From Phoronis australis (lineage: Eukaryota > Animalia > Phoronida): a DNA stretch of 64,000 nucleotides. Below are positions 37,300-51,145 of the stretch, piece by piece. How positions within the stretch are numbered: position 1 is the first letter of the stretch; the number at the start of each line of letters is the position of its first letter. Where the stretch lies: NCBI GenBank assembly GCA_002633005.1, contig NMRA01000515.1, positions 247,680 through 311,679 of the forward strand, read 5' to 3'. The position numbers and the translations under genes were made by a program. The notes beneath the pieces are model-generated. The model was not told the DNA's origin. It worked only from the letters and a program-made list of their open reading frames with translations, and did not search any database.

Positions 37300-39720
37300 C
37301 ATTGCATGATCCATCATGAACTCTGGTCCTACATTGCTTGATCCATCATTAACTCTGGTCCTACATTGTGTGACCTGTCGTCAAATCTGGTCCTGCATTG
37401 CTTGATCCATCATTATCTCTGGTGCTACATTGCTTGTTCTGTAATTAACTCTGGTCCGTCCTCTAGTGCTCGATCTGTTATTAACTCTGGTCCTACATTG
37501 TTTGACCCATCATTATCTCTAGTGCTACATTGTTTGTTCTATAATTAACTCTGGTCCGTCCTCTAGTGCTCGATCTATTATTAACTCCGGTCCTACATTG
37601 TTTGTTCTATTATTGACTCTGGTCCTCTAGTGCTCAAGCTATCATTAAATCTGGGCCTACATTGCTTGACGTATCATTAACTCTTGTCCTACATTGCTTG
37701 TTCTATAGTTAACTGTGGTCGATCCTCTAATACTCGATCTGTCATTAACTCTGGTCCTACATTGCTTGATCCATTCATTAACTTTGGCCCTATATTGTTT
37801 GTTCTATAATTAACTCTTGTCCTCTAGTGATCGATCTATCATTAACTCTGGTCCTGCATTCCTTGATCTATCATTAACTGTGGCCATACATTGTTTGTTC
37901 TATAATTAACTCTGGTCCTCTAGTGCTCGATCTATCATTAACTCTGGTGTTACATTACTTTTCCTATAATTAACTCTGGTTTTCTAGTGCTCAATCTATC
38001 ATTGAATCTGGTCCTACATTGCTTGATCTATCATTAACTCTGGTCCTACATTGCTTGTTCTATAATTAATTCTGGCATTCTAGTGCTCGATCTATCATTA
38101 ACTTTGGTCTTACATTGCTTGATTTATCATTAACTCTGGTCCTAGATTGCTTAATTCATCATTAACTCTGGTCCTACATTGCTTGATCTATCGTCAACTC
38201 TGGTCCTACATTGCTTGGCCCACCATTAACTCTGGTCCTCTAATGCTCGATATATCATGAATTCTGGTCCTACATTGCTTTATCTATCATTAACTCTCGT
38301 CCTACATTACTTGTTCTATAACTAACTCTGGTCTTCTAGTGCTCGATCTATCATTAACTTTGGTCCTAGATTGCTGAATCTATCATTAACTTTGGTCCTA
38401 CATTGCTTGAGCTATCATCAACTCTGGTCCTAGATTGCTGAATCTATCATTAACTCTGGTCCTACATTGCTTGTTCTATCATTACCTCTCGCCCTGCATT
38501 GCTTGTTCTATATTTAACTCTGGTCTTCTAGTGCTCGATCTATCATTAACTTTGGTCCTACATTGCTTGATCTATCATTAACTCGGGTTCTAAATTGCTT
38601 GATCCATCATTAACTCTGATCCTCTAGTGCTCGATCTATCATTAACTTTGATCCCACATTGCTTGACCCATCATCAACTCTGGTCCTAAATTGCTTGATC
38701 CGTCATCAACTCTGGTCCTACATTGCTTGATCTATCATTAACTCTGGTCCTATATCGCTTGGTCCATCATTAACTATGTCCGTACGTTGCTTGGTCCATC
38801 ACGACGTCTGACCTTATATTACTTGATTGATCATGAAATCTAACATTACATTGTTTGATCCATCATTAACTCTCATTGCTGGGGTCATCATCAAGTCCCA
38901 CCTTACTTTGGTTGATCCATCAAGTCTCAATTTACATTACTTGACTCATCATTGACTTGACTGTACCTTGCTGAACCCATCATCGAATCTGAACCTGTAT
39001 TGTTTGATCCACAACTTGATCCATTACCAAGTCTGATAATGTATTGCTTGACCTATCATTTAATTTGACCCTGTTGCAAGTTCCATCACAACGTCTGACC
39101 CTCCACTGCTTGATCCATCACCAAGTCTGGCAATGGATTACCTAATTCATAATCAAGCGTAACCTTGTGTTCCTTGATCCGTCGCCAAGTCGGACCAAAC
39201 ACTGCTTGGTACATTACAAAGTATGACCCTACATTGGTAGATATATCGCATTGTCCGTCCATGCATTTATTGAACTTTCGTAATGTCTGACCTTACACTG
39301 CTTTGCTGTTCTTTATTGGATCCCTCATCACTGCTTGATGAAACATCAAGTTTAAATCCCCAATGGTTGATCCGTCACTAAGTCTGATCTTACATTTCTT
39401 GATCTATCATCAAGCCTGACCGCGCATTACTGGATTTATCATTAAGTATGTTCCCACATTGCTCGATCCATCATCAACTTTCACCCGATAGTGCTAAACC
39501 CATCGCCAAGCCTGACGCTGCATTGGTTGATCCATCATCAGGTCTGTTAATGCATTACTTGATCCATTAGTTCCATCACAACGTCTTATCCTTCAGCTTG
39601 GTTTATCATCAAATCTGACCCCACAGTGCTTGGTCAATTACCATGTGTGACCCTGCACTACTTGATCCATCACCAAATCTCATCCTACATCACTTCTTCC
39701 TTCACTGCTTAGCGCTGCCA
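37300..39720. repeat. Tandem minisatellite array, 32-bp unit
   Basis: Consensus ttaactctggtcctacattgcttgatctatca with recurring variants (ctctagtgctcga; ttgttctataa). Homogeneous to ~38760, then progressively degenerate. Confidence 0.95.
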
Positions 39721-39989
39721 GATCGCCAAGTGTGTACCTGCACAGTTTCTTGGGGTAAGTCAATAAACTTTAAGAAACAATATCATATTATTATTTAGAA
39801 ATAGGGATCCTTTGTGAAATTATGAAAGTGGTTAGCCACTATAAGTATTTGGGCCACCTGATTACTCCCAGGTTGGCTTGGGCTAAAGCGACAACAAACC
39901 TTGATAGACAAGGTAGTAAGCCCATGGCTGCCATCAACAGGCTTCATCGGCAATGCAGAAACTTCCAGTGCAACTGTCTTTTGAATTAT

Positions 39990-40680
39990 TCAACAAACTG
40001 ATATAGATATGTTGAGGTTCTGAAATCTGGGGATTTAAGGAGTACGATACCACTGAAAAGGTGCATTTGCGTTTGAAATTAAAAATGGTTCTTGGAGTAG
40101 CAAACACCTACTCTAACGTCGCAGTTTTAAGTAACTGTGGGAGTTTTCCTCTGTATGCTAGGTATTACGTAACACTCAGCTACACGGAGGCGGCTTATGG
40201 TAGGTTCTTTAATTCTTGTGGCATTTAGTCTAAGTGTAATTGGCATAGTCAGTTAAAAATGTATTACCGAAAAATGGTTTCCACGATATATCTGTTGGTA
40301 TTCAGATATTCAGAATAACAGAAAAATATACTGTTTTACGAAGTTTAAGGAAAACTTTGCAAAAGAATCACCCATAAAATTTAATTTGCCACGAGTTTTC
40401 ATCCAAACTACCTCGAGATTTTGTTGTGGAAATCATAATTTACTAGTTGAGAGTCATTTAAAAATTGACTGTAATGACAGAATATGCACTTTCTGTACGA
40501 GAAACTGTGGTAAAAACGAATTGTATTTTGTTCTTGTTTGTGATGCAGTTCATGATTTCAGGAATATGTACCTATGGCATGTGTGTGACAATTTCCAACC
40601 TTGATGAATTTCGTTCATCTGATGGTATTTACATTGTTAAAAACAAGTTTTACGTTTTGAAATGAAGAGAAAGGTTATGT
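39990..40680 (+). mobile_element. Degenerate non-LTR retrotransposon ORF2 C-terminal fragment (RTE-X-like)
   Basis: Translations GSEIWGF...EKVHL...VLGVANTYSNVAVLSNCGSFPL and SRFCCGNHNLLVE...RICTFC...NELYFVLVC...FRNMYL match the post-RT and C-terminal zinc-knuckle motifs of this LINE group; interrupted by stops and frameshifts. Confidence 0.75.
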
Positions 40681-42251
40681 AGAGAAATGTTGGGTGCTTA
40701 ATTCTTACAGGGGATCTATGTTGGATAAAAAATATTGGCGTCACGTCATCACGCGCTTCTTACACGTTCATAGTATGTTATCCAATGTACATGGTTTGAA
40801 GTTAAGAAACCCTGCCTTAGAAGCCACCAGGAGGCTCTTTCGGAAACCTCCCTTTCCCAAATTGATCTTGTGTCCACAAAAAGTCCCTAGGGGCTCCTTA
40901 GGAAAAAGTATCAGGACTTTTTCGGAGAGTTGTATTGGTTATCAAATCGCCCCTAAAATCAGTAGTTTTTTTGAAAAGTGCTGTTCATAGGACCTAAGTG
41001 ATTGGACTTGAAATTTAAAGTGTTGGTGACATCGAAGACGGTGATTTGTTTCTTCAACCTAGATTTCATGTTTGGTTGACTTGAGCAAAGTGTATTAGTC
41101 AGAATTTACTTAGCAGTTTAGCTACTTCATCAGTAGCTCCCGCTACGGCACCGTTGACAAAGCATCGATAAATTTGAAACATTTTAACGGTCCTTTAAGG
41201 ACCAAAATTAAAAAAAAATGTAATTTTAACACATTTTCCATATCTTTGGCACGTGCCAAAATGTAAACATCCCGAAATACCCCTATGGGAGCTTTACGGT
41301 CCTTGTTTCCAAAAGAGACCCCATAAAGACCATTCTGCTATGGGAGGGGGTGGGGGGCTTTTTCAGAAATCCCCGCTACATGATTGGAATCATTGTCGCG
41401 CATTCATAATAAGTTACTCACACCATCTACTATTTAATCCAAGGCTGACCTCAAAGTAAACTACCTGCAGGGGCTATGAACGCCCATTCCTCATTAACAG
41501 AAAGTACGCCCAGTAGCCTCAAGGTAAGGATTGTGAAGTTCAATCAATTTATTTCGTGTAATATTATGGCTAATGGCCCACATTACAAATAAAAACATAT
41601 AAACAGATACCTTCATATGAGCACACATTTTATACATCAACAATGCATTCGCTTGTTTTTTTTATACTTCAATTAAGATTTACACAAGTTTTTAAACTCA
41701 TTTACACAGTTTGTATGTGGCAAATATGATTGCAGAAGATCGTCATGTAAAGATGATCATGCAGACGATCTTCATATAAAGGCTGCACAAGCAAAGAAAG
41801 GAATTTCACTCTCAATAACATTAAGTCAGAACAAATACACAACCTTAGCGAGCTTTCAGTACCCGTTCTTGTACCTATTTATGACATTAAACTGAACTGA
41901 GAACGTCTGAATATTGCCACAAAATACATGATATTCAATAACGTGATCGTTTGTAACACGGAAAAACATAAGAAGGCGTCGAGGTCCGGGGCAGAGTAAA
42001 GCGAAATTGAATTTCCCTGTGGCCCACTCTAACTTTTCCTTCTTGCGGACTGAGAATATTGGTAACGGTCGTGGGTTGGATGTATCAGAGAAATCAAAGG
42101 CCTACACCCTCATTACGACTTTAGCAGTCCACGTTGCAATAATGCCTCAGTACCTGTGTTCTTTAATCCATTGCGAAGTTTGACCTTAGTAAGCTTTACC
42201 CATCTTTAGTTATGAGATTTTGCCTCAATGGGGCAATTTTTATATTGACAC

Positions 42252-42861
42252 CAGTGGAGGATCTAGGATATCACAAGGGGGGCCAACATTTTGTCCGGCT
42301 GTAAGCATTTGCNNNNNNNNNNNNNNNNNNNNNNNNNNNNNNNNNNNNNNNNNNNNNNNNNNNNNNNNNNNNNNNNNNNNNNNNNNNNNNNNNNNNNNNN
42401 NNNNNNNNNNNNNNNNNNNNNNNNNNNNNNNNNNNNNNNNNNNNNNNNNNNNNNNNNNNNNNNNNNNNNNNNNNNNNNNNNNNNNNNNNNNNNNNNNNNN
42501 NNNNNNNNNNNNNNNNNNNNNNNNNNNNNAGTAAATTTTCTTCATTGCACAGTGAAGCAGACGACGGAAACGGAGTCGTAGTACGCAGCGCCACTGCCGG
42601 TCGCCTGGAATATCGCGGGAGAGCCTATACTTTGCCATAGCTCCGTTACGAATGCGCCGTGTTCCGAATTTAACATTTGAAATTGGATCTGAGCCCCCCC
42701 CCCAAACACTAAAACTGCACACATTTAAATCTTGTTTCACCCGTATAATTTTAATTACCGGTTTTAATTAATAAACTCAACATTTCCCTACGCTCTTGCT
42801 GTTTTATTTTTTTGCAGCAGCCAAGGGGGGGGGGGCCTGCCCCCCCCTAAATCCGCCTAGG
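42252..42861. mobile_element. MITE copy 2 (same family as 30353-31264), containing a gap (N at 42313-42529)
   Basis: Shares its 5' end and ~300-bp 3' end with copy 1; tgacac occurs in both flanks. Confidence 0.85.
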
Positions 42862-45800
42862 CTGACACAAAGTTTAAAGTACTCGTGCATCCCTCGGGAA
42901 CGCAAAATTGATGAAGCTCTTTCCGAAAACCCTCATGCTGTACAATTAAAATAATTAGAAAAATAAGCGTTTGTCTTTGGCTATAAAGTTTGGGTAGAAA
43001 TAATATACTTTTAGTGTACATATTTTGAATTTACACATTCCTCCGTTTTATACTGATGTCCGTCCTCATATTTTACATATTCGCCTTGACTTTTCGATTT
43101 CCAGACAGATCAGTCGCCGAGTCACTTTGAGACATTATCAAGCATCACGACATTGCTTGATATATCGTTGAACTCGTCCCGCATAGATCAAACTTGTAGC
43201 AGACATTGAATATCATTAATTTGCTTAATTGTGACACTAAATTGTGGCAGCTCAACTGACTAATTATATGAGCAAAGTTTTTTTTTAAATAAAATTCTGT
43301 CGGTTATACGTGTGAACTAATGGTTGGACTACACGTATTCCAAAATGTACAACATAATTATATTTTGATACGAAAGAAAAAAATCAACTTACACGTATAT
43401 TTCTTTACTATAACTATTATCATTAACAGAAATGCTGACTTAATGAAATAATAGTGAGTTTTTATCTACTGGTGACACATTTTAAAACGTTGATTTTTAC
43501 AACTAGGTTATTTTCATGTAGAATGTATCTGTCTAGCTGCTTCCAGATAAATTCATAAATTTGTTCTTCTGCCAAAATCTGGTACTACCAAACCTTTTTG
43601 TTTTGAATCGACAATAATGCGTGAGAATGGATGAGCACAGGTGAGACACTGACACTGTCACTTACTAATTTTAGATCTCGTGTAGTGAACACTTGACAGG
43701 TCTTTTCTCCCATCTGCCGTGCAAAACTCTGTGTCTAGCCAAATGAACGTTTTACAAAAAAATTACCCATTATATTTCCGTAACTTGGAAGACGAACAGT
43801 GTTAAGTTTTTTGATTAGATAAAGTTCACAAACTTGTCTTGTGCATTGTGATTTTTTTCTGAACTACGTGCTCAAAATTAATAAGACTAATTTACTCACT
43901 TCCAATGGCTGAACTTATTTTGACAGATGTCCAAACAAGACTATGTCGTAAGTTCGTTAAACTACCTAGCCTCAAATTACGGGGCTATTTCTTGATCATA
44001 GAGCAGCTACCCGTGGTCTTTGGTCACGTGACTAATACAGCCATCTGTCATTACATGTAGAGGTACAGATCTACAAAAATAAGTTTTAAAGTTTGATTTT
44101 TGGAGACACTGCTGCTAAGAGACCTAAGTATGTTTTCAAGCAATGAGATTTACTGAGAAGGACCGTCTACCAAACATTGAATCCATTTTGGGGGCAAACC
44201 TTTCTCATAACCACCAGTGGTGCCAGAAGTATTCAACAGGGGTAGCTAAACGCAAAATTNGCCGGGGGGGGGGGGGGGACATGTCCTGTTGGGCCAATGG
44301 TTTTACCGTTTTATGTGAGTTGCAACATTGCATGTTATGAATGCAAATTGACTTATTTGGACTGAGTATAATGATCCATTGGATGTATTCGGTTGACACA
44401 ATGAAACAAGTCACGAATATCCACGCGTGGCCGTAGGCGTGTGCCCGTCGTGTGGTCTACACGCTATCATTTCATTGGTTGAAAGTTGCATCGTTAGCTC
44501 CACCTCTCAACATTAATATTCAACAATAGACGGTTTCACGAGACACCATCTGTCACCTTGTTACCGTAATTTTATTTTCTTCACGGTCAGTAAGTGGTCC
44601 AATGTTACAATGTATGGCATATCTATAAGACAGTCAAAATACCATGACGACAACAAATACTTCAATGTTGCCAAATTTGAAAGTGAATGTCTAAGAATAG
44701 AAATGATTGTTTTGCTCTGCAATCTTTCTAATTCTAGCAATTTTAAAAGTGTAAAATTAGCGACAGTCCCAGCGTGATTTTCGAAATACATTATTGAGAT
44801 TTCTGTGGTTTTCAAAAACAAAAACAATGGAATCAGGATATGTTTCATAAATTTTAGAATTATTCCGAGGAACTAGTTTTAAAAGTCATGACTGAGGTTC
44901 ACAAGTCTGAAATTTTTACAAGCAACCAGACCGCAAGAAAAGTATGAAGTTTTAAACATTAACCTCACTCACTTAAAAACTATTATGATCTACGGAAAGA
45001 TACTGTAAATTGAACCCGCTTTGTTTGATGTGTTCGGAAAATATAAAATTTTCAAAAATTTAGGGAAGCGTACGATTCTACACCTCTGCATTTTACCCGG
45101 AAATATGTCTAATGGGTTCAAGATTCTCAATAGTCCTGTATTTTATTATAGTATGACACTATTTCTAAACAATCATTCATCAGCTACAAATATGAGAAAA
45201 AGATCATTATGAATAATGCTCGAAGGCACTTCCTTCGGCTTTGTCAAAGTTTTGCAATAGTCAAGTATATAGAGGAATAGGTTGTTTCTCAGCCCATGTC
45301 ATGAACGGATGTTACTATATAAATTGCCGAAAAGGCGTCCAATGTACTTCTTCGGGATCAGTACTGTTCTCAAAGACAACTTTTTAAACATTTTTTCGTG
45401 GAGGATCATGGCCGTTACTTTGTTTTAAGTTGAAGACGGATAAAGAGTGAACGTATGGTGTTTTTTTTTTCTATGCTGGTCATTCACTCGAATGAGACTC
45501 AGCTGTCACCGAGCATCCAATTAATCTTCACAGTGATCAACCTGCCTCGTTTATCGGACAATTAGGAATTGAATGATTAGAGAGAAGTAGTTAACGTTCT
45601 TGATCGGTTTAGGGTCTATGAAACAGCAGCAAAAATTGTTAGCCTGTGAAAACAGTCGCGCACTCGTTGTTTCTTGTCGTTTTTGCTAAGAAGGATTTCA
45701 GTTATTTTAGGGGGTTTCATAACCATGGAAGTTTTTGTTTACAAGAGTTTGACTGTAGTCGCTCCATCCAGGAGATCGTTTTGTAGGATTTGTTTGCAAA

Positions 45801-47295
45801 GCTCTTGACTTTGAGAACAAATTTGATGCCTGTTGTTCTGTAGAGAAAACTGTTTTTCAAAATGCAGGACCCTTTTAAGTGACAACGACTAACATCATCA
45901 TGCGAGGAAAGTAGCAACTAAAGAACATGCAATTCCAATAGATGTCTCCACGTCAGTGCGGCTTTCCGAATACAAAATCTCCCAGCTCACATAGTGAAAC
46001 TGAGCCAGAGTCTTTAACCAACACATTTACTGTTTTATAGTAACTGAGTAACCAAATGCGACATCGCTCCTATCACGACGAACATCAGCAAAACAATTTA
46101 ATTAGAATACATATAATTTTGAAACCTTTTAACAAATTGATTGTGTTCATTTCCTGTCGTGCTCTTTTGAACTGAATTATTTGACCACCAGGAGACTCTG
46201 CATGCATGTGTATTGTTTTGAAGTTTGCGATCGAATTCTGGCTGAAGGTTATATGCGCCCTCTAGAAAAATGCCAAAATTTGACTTACTAACAATATCAA
46301 AAATGATTGAAATGAGACTTATAGAATAATTTATGCATTATTCTCCAAAAGACAAAAATGATTTGTTTTAAAAATTCCACTTTTAGATAAGATGTTATTG
46401 AAAACTAGGACTTCTGCGATTTTATTAAAAACCCAAACGTTACATAAAACGAAAACAAATCCACAATTTAGATAATTGTTGTATAGTTCTTAAAGATTTC
46501 ACCTTGAATATTTATATTGGAAGAAAATCAATCAATCCATGTTATTGGTACCATTGTTTTGTATGTACTTTAGAATGTTTCTAAAAATACACTCTCACTT
46601 GACAAAAACACCTTAAATTCTCGAGAATATTTTTATTTCCAGAAAATATTTACTTTAGTGATTTTTTTTTGTTTTTTCGATATTTTGTAACTGCACAGGG
46701 AAGATTTTAGACTTAAACTAAACTGCCTGATATTTGTTTGTGTTAAAGAATAATTGTTTGTGTTTAGAAGGCTGGGAAAACTAACCGTCTCAGTGAGGGA
46801 AGAGGAGACGAGAATCTATAAAATTAATAATTGATTTACACAGATGTTAATTTTGCGTGAAGTATATTCATTTCGTCTTCTATTGTTATGGTTCGCTCCA
46901 TCAAAATGCATGATTTTCCTAGTCTCTGAACAGTTCTGAAGATCAAAACCACAGGTGGTATTACTGTTATTCAACTATAAGCATTCGCCGATTTAAAATT
47001 AACCAGTAAGTGTGGATTTAATAATTTGTGAATGCATTGTGTTATAGAACTAAAAACCATTCAGTGGGAAATGATGGTGTTCACTCAGCATCTCATTACA
47101 TACAAAAGGCTAAGAATTACTTTTGGAAATCCAATTTCAGAAGACTCCAAGCAAGGATTAATTTTAAGATAACCCAGAATTACGACAGTGATGTAAAGCA
47201 ATGTCAAAGTCCACCCCCTGTCCGAATCGGACCTTCCAGTGTACTTGCAGAATTCAGAAGATAGTCGTTGAGTTTTCTGGTGGCCTGTGTTTAAG

Positions 47296-47303
47296 TATAA
47301 AGA
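47296..47303 (+). promoter_or_regulatory. Putative TATA box of the PKHD1L1-like gene
   Basis: TATAAAGA about 49 nt upstream of the signal-peptide ATG. Confidence 0.5.
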
Positions 47304-47344
47304 TCTTCAACAGCTGTTGGCGGCGAGCAATTTTGTTCTGAAAC

Positions 47345-47405
47345 ATGGACAGAAATATGTTCGTCGCTATATTCTGCATTTGCATTACAGGCGTTGCCAG
47401 TGAAG
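47345..47405 (+). CDS. PKHD1L1: Fibrocystin-L-like, exon 1 (signal peptide MDRNMFVAIFCICITGVASE)
   Basis: aacATGG start, hydrophobic core with a small-residue cleavage site, phase-1 donor AAG|gtaggc matching exon 2. Confidence 0.8.
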
Positions 47406-47934
47406 GTAGGCGTTTTTGTATAGAAAATGACTTTGTACACCGGACAGCTAAAATAGGATGGCTGAGCTCTGTAACATGTAAGTTGCATCAATAAAAGCTG
47501 GACTTAATGTGTGTGATTACGTCAATCATGTGACCGATGCGGTGTGTGGCGTTAGTTTATTAAATGCCCTGCAAAGTAGCTCCATACTGCGGTGAACGTT
47601 TGATGATGATAAATCCCCAAAATTTTGATTTGCTTTTACTTGAGCGTCTTGTGTCGCAACTTTTAAAGGAATGAAAAGTAGCCAATGAACTAGAAAATCC
47701 CCGAAGATGGCAAAAATCCTGCAACAAATCATCGCCGTTGACCCACAAGAATCCCATATTGTGACAATGCTGATGGGTGAGCAGCGCTGAAAGGACCAAG
47801 TATCACAACTTGTCGGTTTTGCCGTTAAACGATCGTAACTTCTGTGAAAACTCCTTGAGGATAATTACTTGGTCCTCTCCAAAACATTTTCCTTAAAAGT
47901 TCACCCGTAACTGTTAAAAGTGATAAGTGGGAAT

Positions 47935-47998
47935 AGCATTGCGTGGACTCGAGCCGATGACAATTGCACTAGCAGCCAGTCGCTCTGCAGCTGAGTTA
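47935..47998 (-). mobile_element. Degenerate tRNA-derived head (SINE remnant) in intron 1
   Basis: Minus strand taactcagctgcagagcg...ggctcgagtcc resembles A and B boxes; no complete cloverleaf. Confidence 0.45.
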
Positions 47999-48854
47999 AA
48001 TTTCACTTGGTAAATGACAAAGTATTTTAAGCGTAATTAAAAGACCAAGTCACGGACTTTGATTTCATGGAATATCTAGCAGCCAATGGCGATAAATGGC
48101 GATTGGCAATAAAATCACAAAAACATACAGCGGATATTATTGTTTTATATCTCTAGTCAGAGCTAATAATTTCAAAAGTCTATTCCATTCAGCAATAATA
48201 CCCAAAATGCGTTTTTGACAGTAAAAACAACAATGTTTCTTTAATATAAGTTAAAGAAAAGGAAAGTAAGCGTGTTATACTCTCACAGAATCAATTAAAA
48301 CATACGTTGCTTCTAAGTCTTACTGGGAAAGACGGTATTTTATAGGTGGAAGCTGTCTGTGTGTTAGAAAGCTCAATTTAATTTTCGCATTTTGCCTTAT
48401 TTTAATATAATATTACTTTATGATAACACCCGTTAATAACTGGAATATCTATGTTGACATCAGCATTATCTGGTGATGAGCTTGTTAATCACGTGTCTCA
48501 TCGTGTGAGTAAATAAATTTTGCCAGTTGACCAATATCCGGGAGCCAATGACCAGCCAAGGAACCGATCATAACCTATCAGCGAATTGTTTACTTTAATT
48601 TCGGTCATCACATATAAATTGACTGGAAAGCTGATAACAGTTGGCTTTATTAATAAATCTGTTCGCAGATGCCAATATCACGACGTTATGACGTTTTTAA
48701 GCATATCTTATAATCTCATTTGTAAACCTCGTTGACGTCGAACCACCCGGGACAAGTCGGGTTTTGTCGTACTACGAAACAAAAAGATTTATGGCAGTGG
48801 CAATGTATCTCAAAATGAAATAGAACTGTGAACATAACTGCCCACTAGGATTTT

Positions 48855-49110
48855 ATTTATTTCTCTGTAAGCGCAGAGTCCTGTTGTTCCTGGGTTTTCT
48901 TCAGTTTTCTTCTTCTTCTTATTCTTCTTCCGACCAACTTTGAGGCTTAATAACTCCAAAATGGGTGCAGGTACGGTCTTTAAATTCAGCATATGACTTT
49001 TGACAGTATATAAATTTTGATTGGTTATATAATCATATTCCATATTGCACCGGAAGAGGTCGTTTGNTGGGCCAACGTGAATTACGCAAACCTCCTAATG
49101 AAATCATTCC
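48855..49110. mobile_element. Probable Helentron/HINE-like fragment
   Basis: Small stem-loop ctctg-taagcg-cagag after a T-run, then a (CTT)n microsatellite and a repeat-like body. Confidence 0.3.
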
Positions 49111-49144
49111 TGTTTGTTTATGCAACCACATTACATATTTCACT

Positions 49145-49395
49145 TACTAAAATCATACCACCACCATCACCAGCAAAACTACTATACCAGCCATCACTAC
49201 CACACACTGTGCACCGTCACCACCATCACCACCAACACCATCATCACCAGTACCATCACTACCTTACCACCATCACCATCACCACAAGTAGCACCACCAC
49301 TATCATTACCACCACCACTATCACCACCGCCACTACCACGGTCATCACCACCACAAGCACCACCATCACTATTACCGCCACTACCACTTCTACTA
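49145..49395. repeat. (CAC/CAT/TAC)n trinucleotide repeat
   Basis: Explains the H/T/P-rich ORFs in the ORF track. Confidence 0.9.
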
Positions 49396-50179
49396 GGTAT
49401 TTCCGAAAGAGAGAATGGGAAAAATGTTTCAATCATTTCCAGAAGTGATTTTACGTCCTCAAAATTGAAGGAGGGGAGGGCTCTTTCGGAAATGTGTATT
49501 GGTTGCCATCGCGCCCTCATTCAGCACTGAAGTGCAAAAGTGCTGTGTGATGGAGTAAGAGGCTGCACTCGAGATTGAAAAACTCCATTCGTCGGGTGCA
49601 GTGAGTTGTTTCTATCTGGGCTAAAACTGCGGTTGACTTTTCATTTCCCGTGGACGACATAATAAAAACTAATTCTTCAGAAATCAATCGTTTGTTGCAA
49701 AATGCACGCACGCTTAAAACCGCTATAAACTCGCGTCTCCTACGAGTAACGAACTTGGCTTAGGGTCCTGGTCGCTAATAAATTGGTCTCAAACTGCTCC
49801 TTGCTTAGATGAGAAGTGATTGAAAAGAATTCAGAACGCTTTCATTTGACCATACTCGGAACACAAAATGACACGCCGTGACAAGCCAACATGTATTTGA
49901 TTGATCTCTAGTAATAACGAACTGTCAGTTCTTTGGAAATCATCCAAACACCTCTAGTTTGATTGGAGAACAATTTGAGACCAATCTCATTGCGGTAAGA
50001 AGCCTAAGTCAAAAGTTGGTTTTGTGATGAATGGCAGGTTTACAACACTTAAGGCACTATATCACTTTCTACGTCAAAATGATTCAAACAATTTCCATCG
50101 AAGGTATCCTCTTCGTCGATTTCCTGCTTGGTGACTTTACCGCCAGAGGCTAGTTTGTTCTGTTAGCTTCCACATGGGC

Positions 50180-50283
50180 AATAGTCTGATATAACGTGCC
50201 CGTATTTTGAGAACCAGTTTGATGCCCGTTATTCAGTGGAAAAAACTGGTTCTCAAAATTCGGACACATTATGTCGGACCATT
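50180..50283. repeat. Inverted repeat with ~41-bp arms
   Basis: aatagtctgatataacgtgcccgtattttgagaaccagttt / aaactggttctcaaaattcggacacattatgtcggaccatt. Confidence 0.8.
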
Positions 50284-50599
50284 ACCAGCTACCTTTATAT
50301 ACTGCCACGAGGAGTCGAAGAAACACAGGTCTCGGTATTGAAATACCAGCCAGGTTTCATTTTATTGGCAACTTGGCTATAATAGTCTGGCGACGTCTCC
50401 GTTGTCAAGAAATCGATAAACTTGAAATATCTCAACCGTGTTAACTCTTCCATACCTTGTTTACCCCGTCCCAGAAATGTAAAACGGCCCCTAAAAAACC
50501 TCCGTGGGGATCTTTTCAGTCTAGAACCTCCGTGGGGATCTTTTCAGTCTTTGATTCCCAAAAAGAATATGCTGGCGTGAGCTCTCTCGGAAAACCCCG

Positions 50600-50935
50600 G
50601 CACTACCTCTACTAACCACTACCACTATTACTACCACGACCACTAACACTACTATAACTACCACCATTGCCACTACCATAACCACCACCACTATTACTGC
50701 CACTGCCACTACCACTATTACTACCATAACCATTACCACTTTTACTACCACAACCATTACCACTATTACTACCACTATTACTACCACTACCATAAACACT
50801 ACCACGACCACTACCACGATTGCTACCACTACCAGTATCAGTACCACTACCACTACTGTTGTTTCTTGTTGTTATCATCATTGCCTTTGTCATTGTCATT
50901 ACTATTGCTGCCATTATCATCACCATCATCACCAT
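50600..50935. repeat. (ACT/ACC/ATT)n trinucleotide repeat
   Basis: Explains the poly-V and GS-rich ORFs in the ORF track. Confidence 0.9.
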
Positions 50936-51070
50936 TAAATTTTTAAAGCGACGGACTTGATCACTGTTTCGTGCAGCGCAAAACGGTGACAGGGACAACG
51001 GTAGAGTCCAAATGAGATATTGATAAATAGCTTGATGTCGCCTCTGTGAACTGGAAATATTTTCTTACAG

Positions 51071-51145
51071 GACCGCGCGTTCTCAAATTGAGTCCGCGAC
51101 AAGGAAGCGTAGAGGGAGCCACTGTTTTAACAATTACTGGTGAAG
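51071..51145 (+). CDS. PKHD1L1: Fibrocystin-L-like exon 2 (GPRVLKLSPRQGSVEGATVLTITGEG; IPT/TIG 1)
   Basis: ttcttacag| ... G|gtaat; phases 1/1; resembles the first TIG domain of PKHD1L1. Confidence 0.92.

Noticed and set aside
37300-39720. CRISPR-like regular ~32-bp periodicity
   Set aside because: Units abut with no unique spacers, there are no cas genes and the context is eukaryotic; it is a minisatellite.
47707-47776. Alternative phase-1 first exon for PKHD1L1 (MAKILQQIIAVDPQESHIVTMLM)
   Set aside because: No signal-peptide character; the exon at 47345 has a signal peptide and an upstream TATA.
49017-50998. His/Thr/Pro-rich, poly-Val and Gly-Ser ORFs of 107-143 aa
   Set aside because: They are translations of trinucleotide microsatellites inside PKHD1L1 intron 1.
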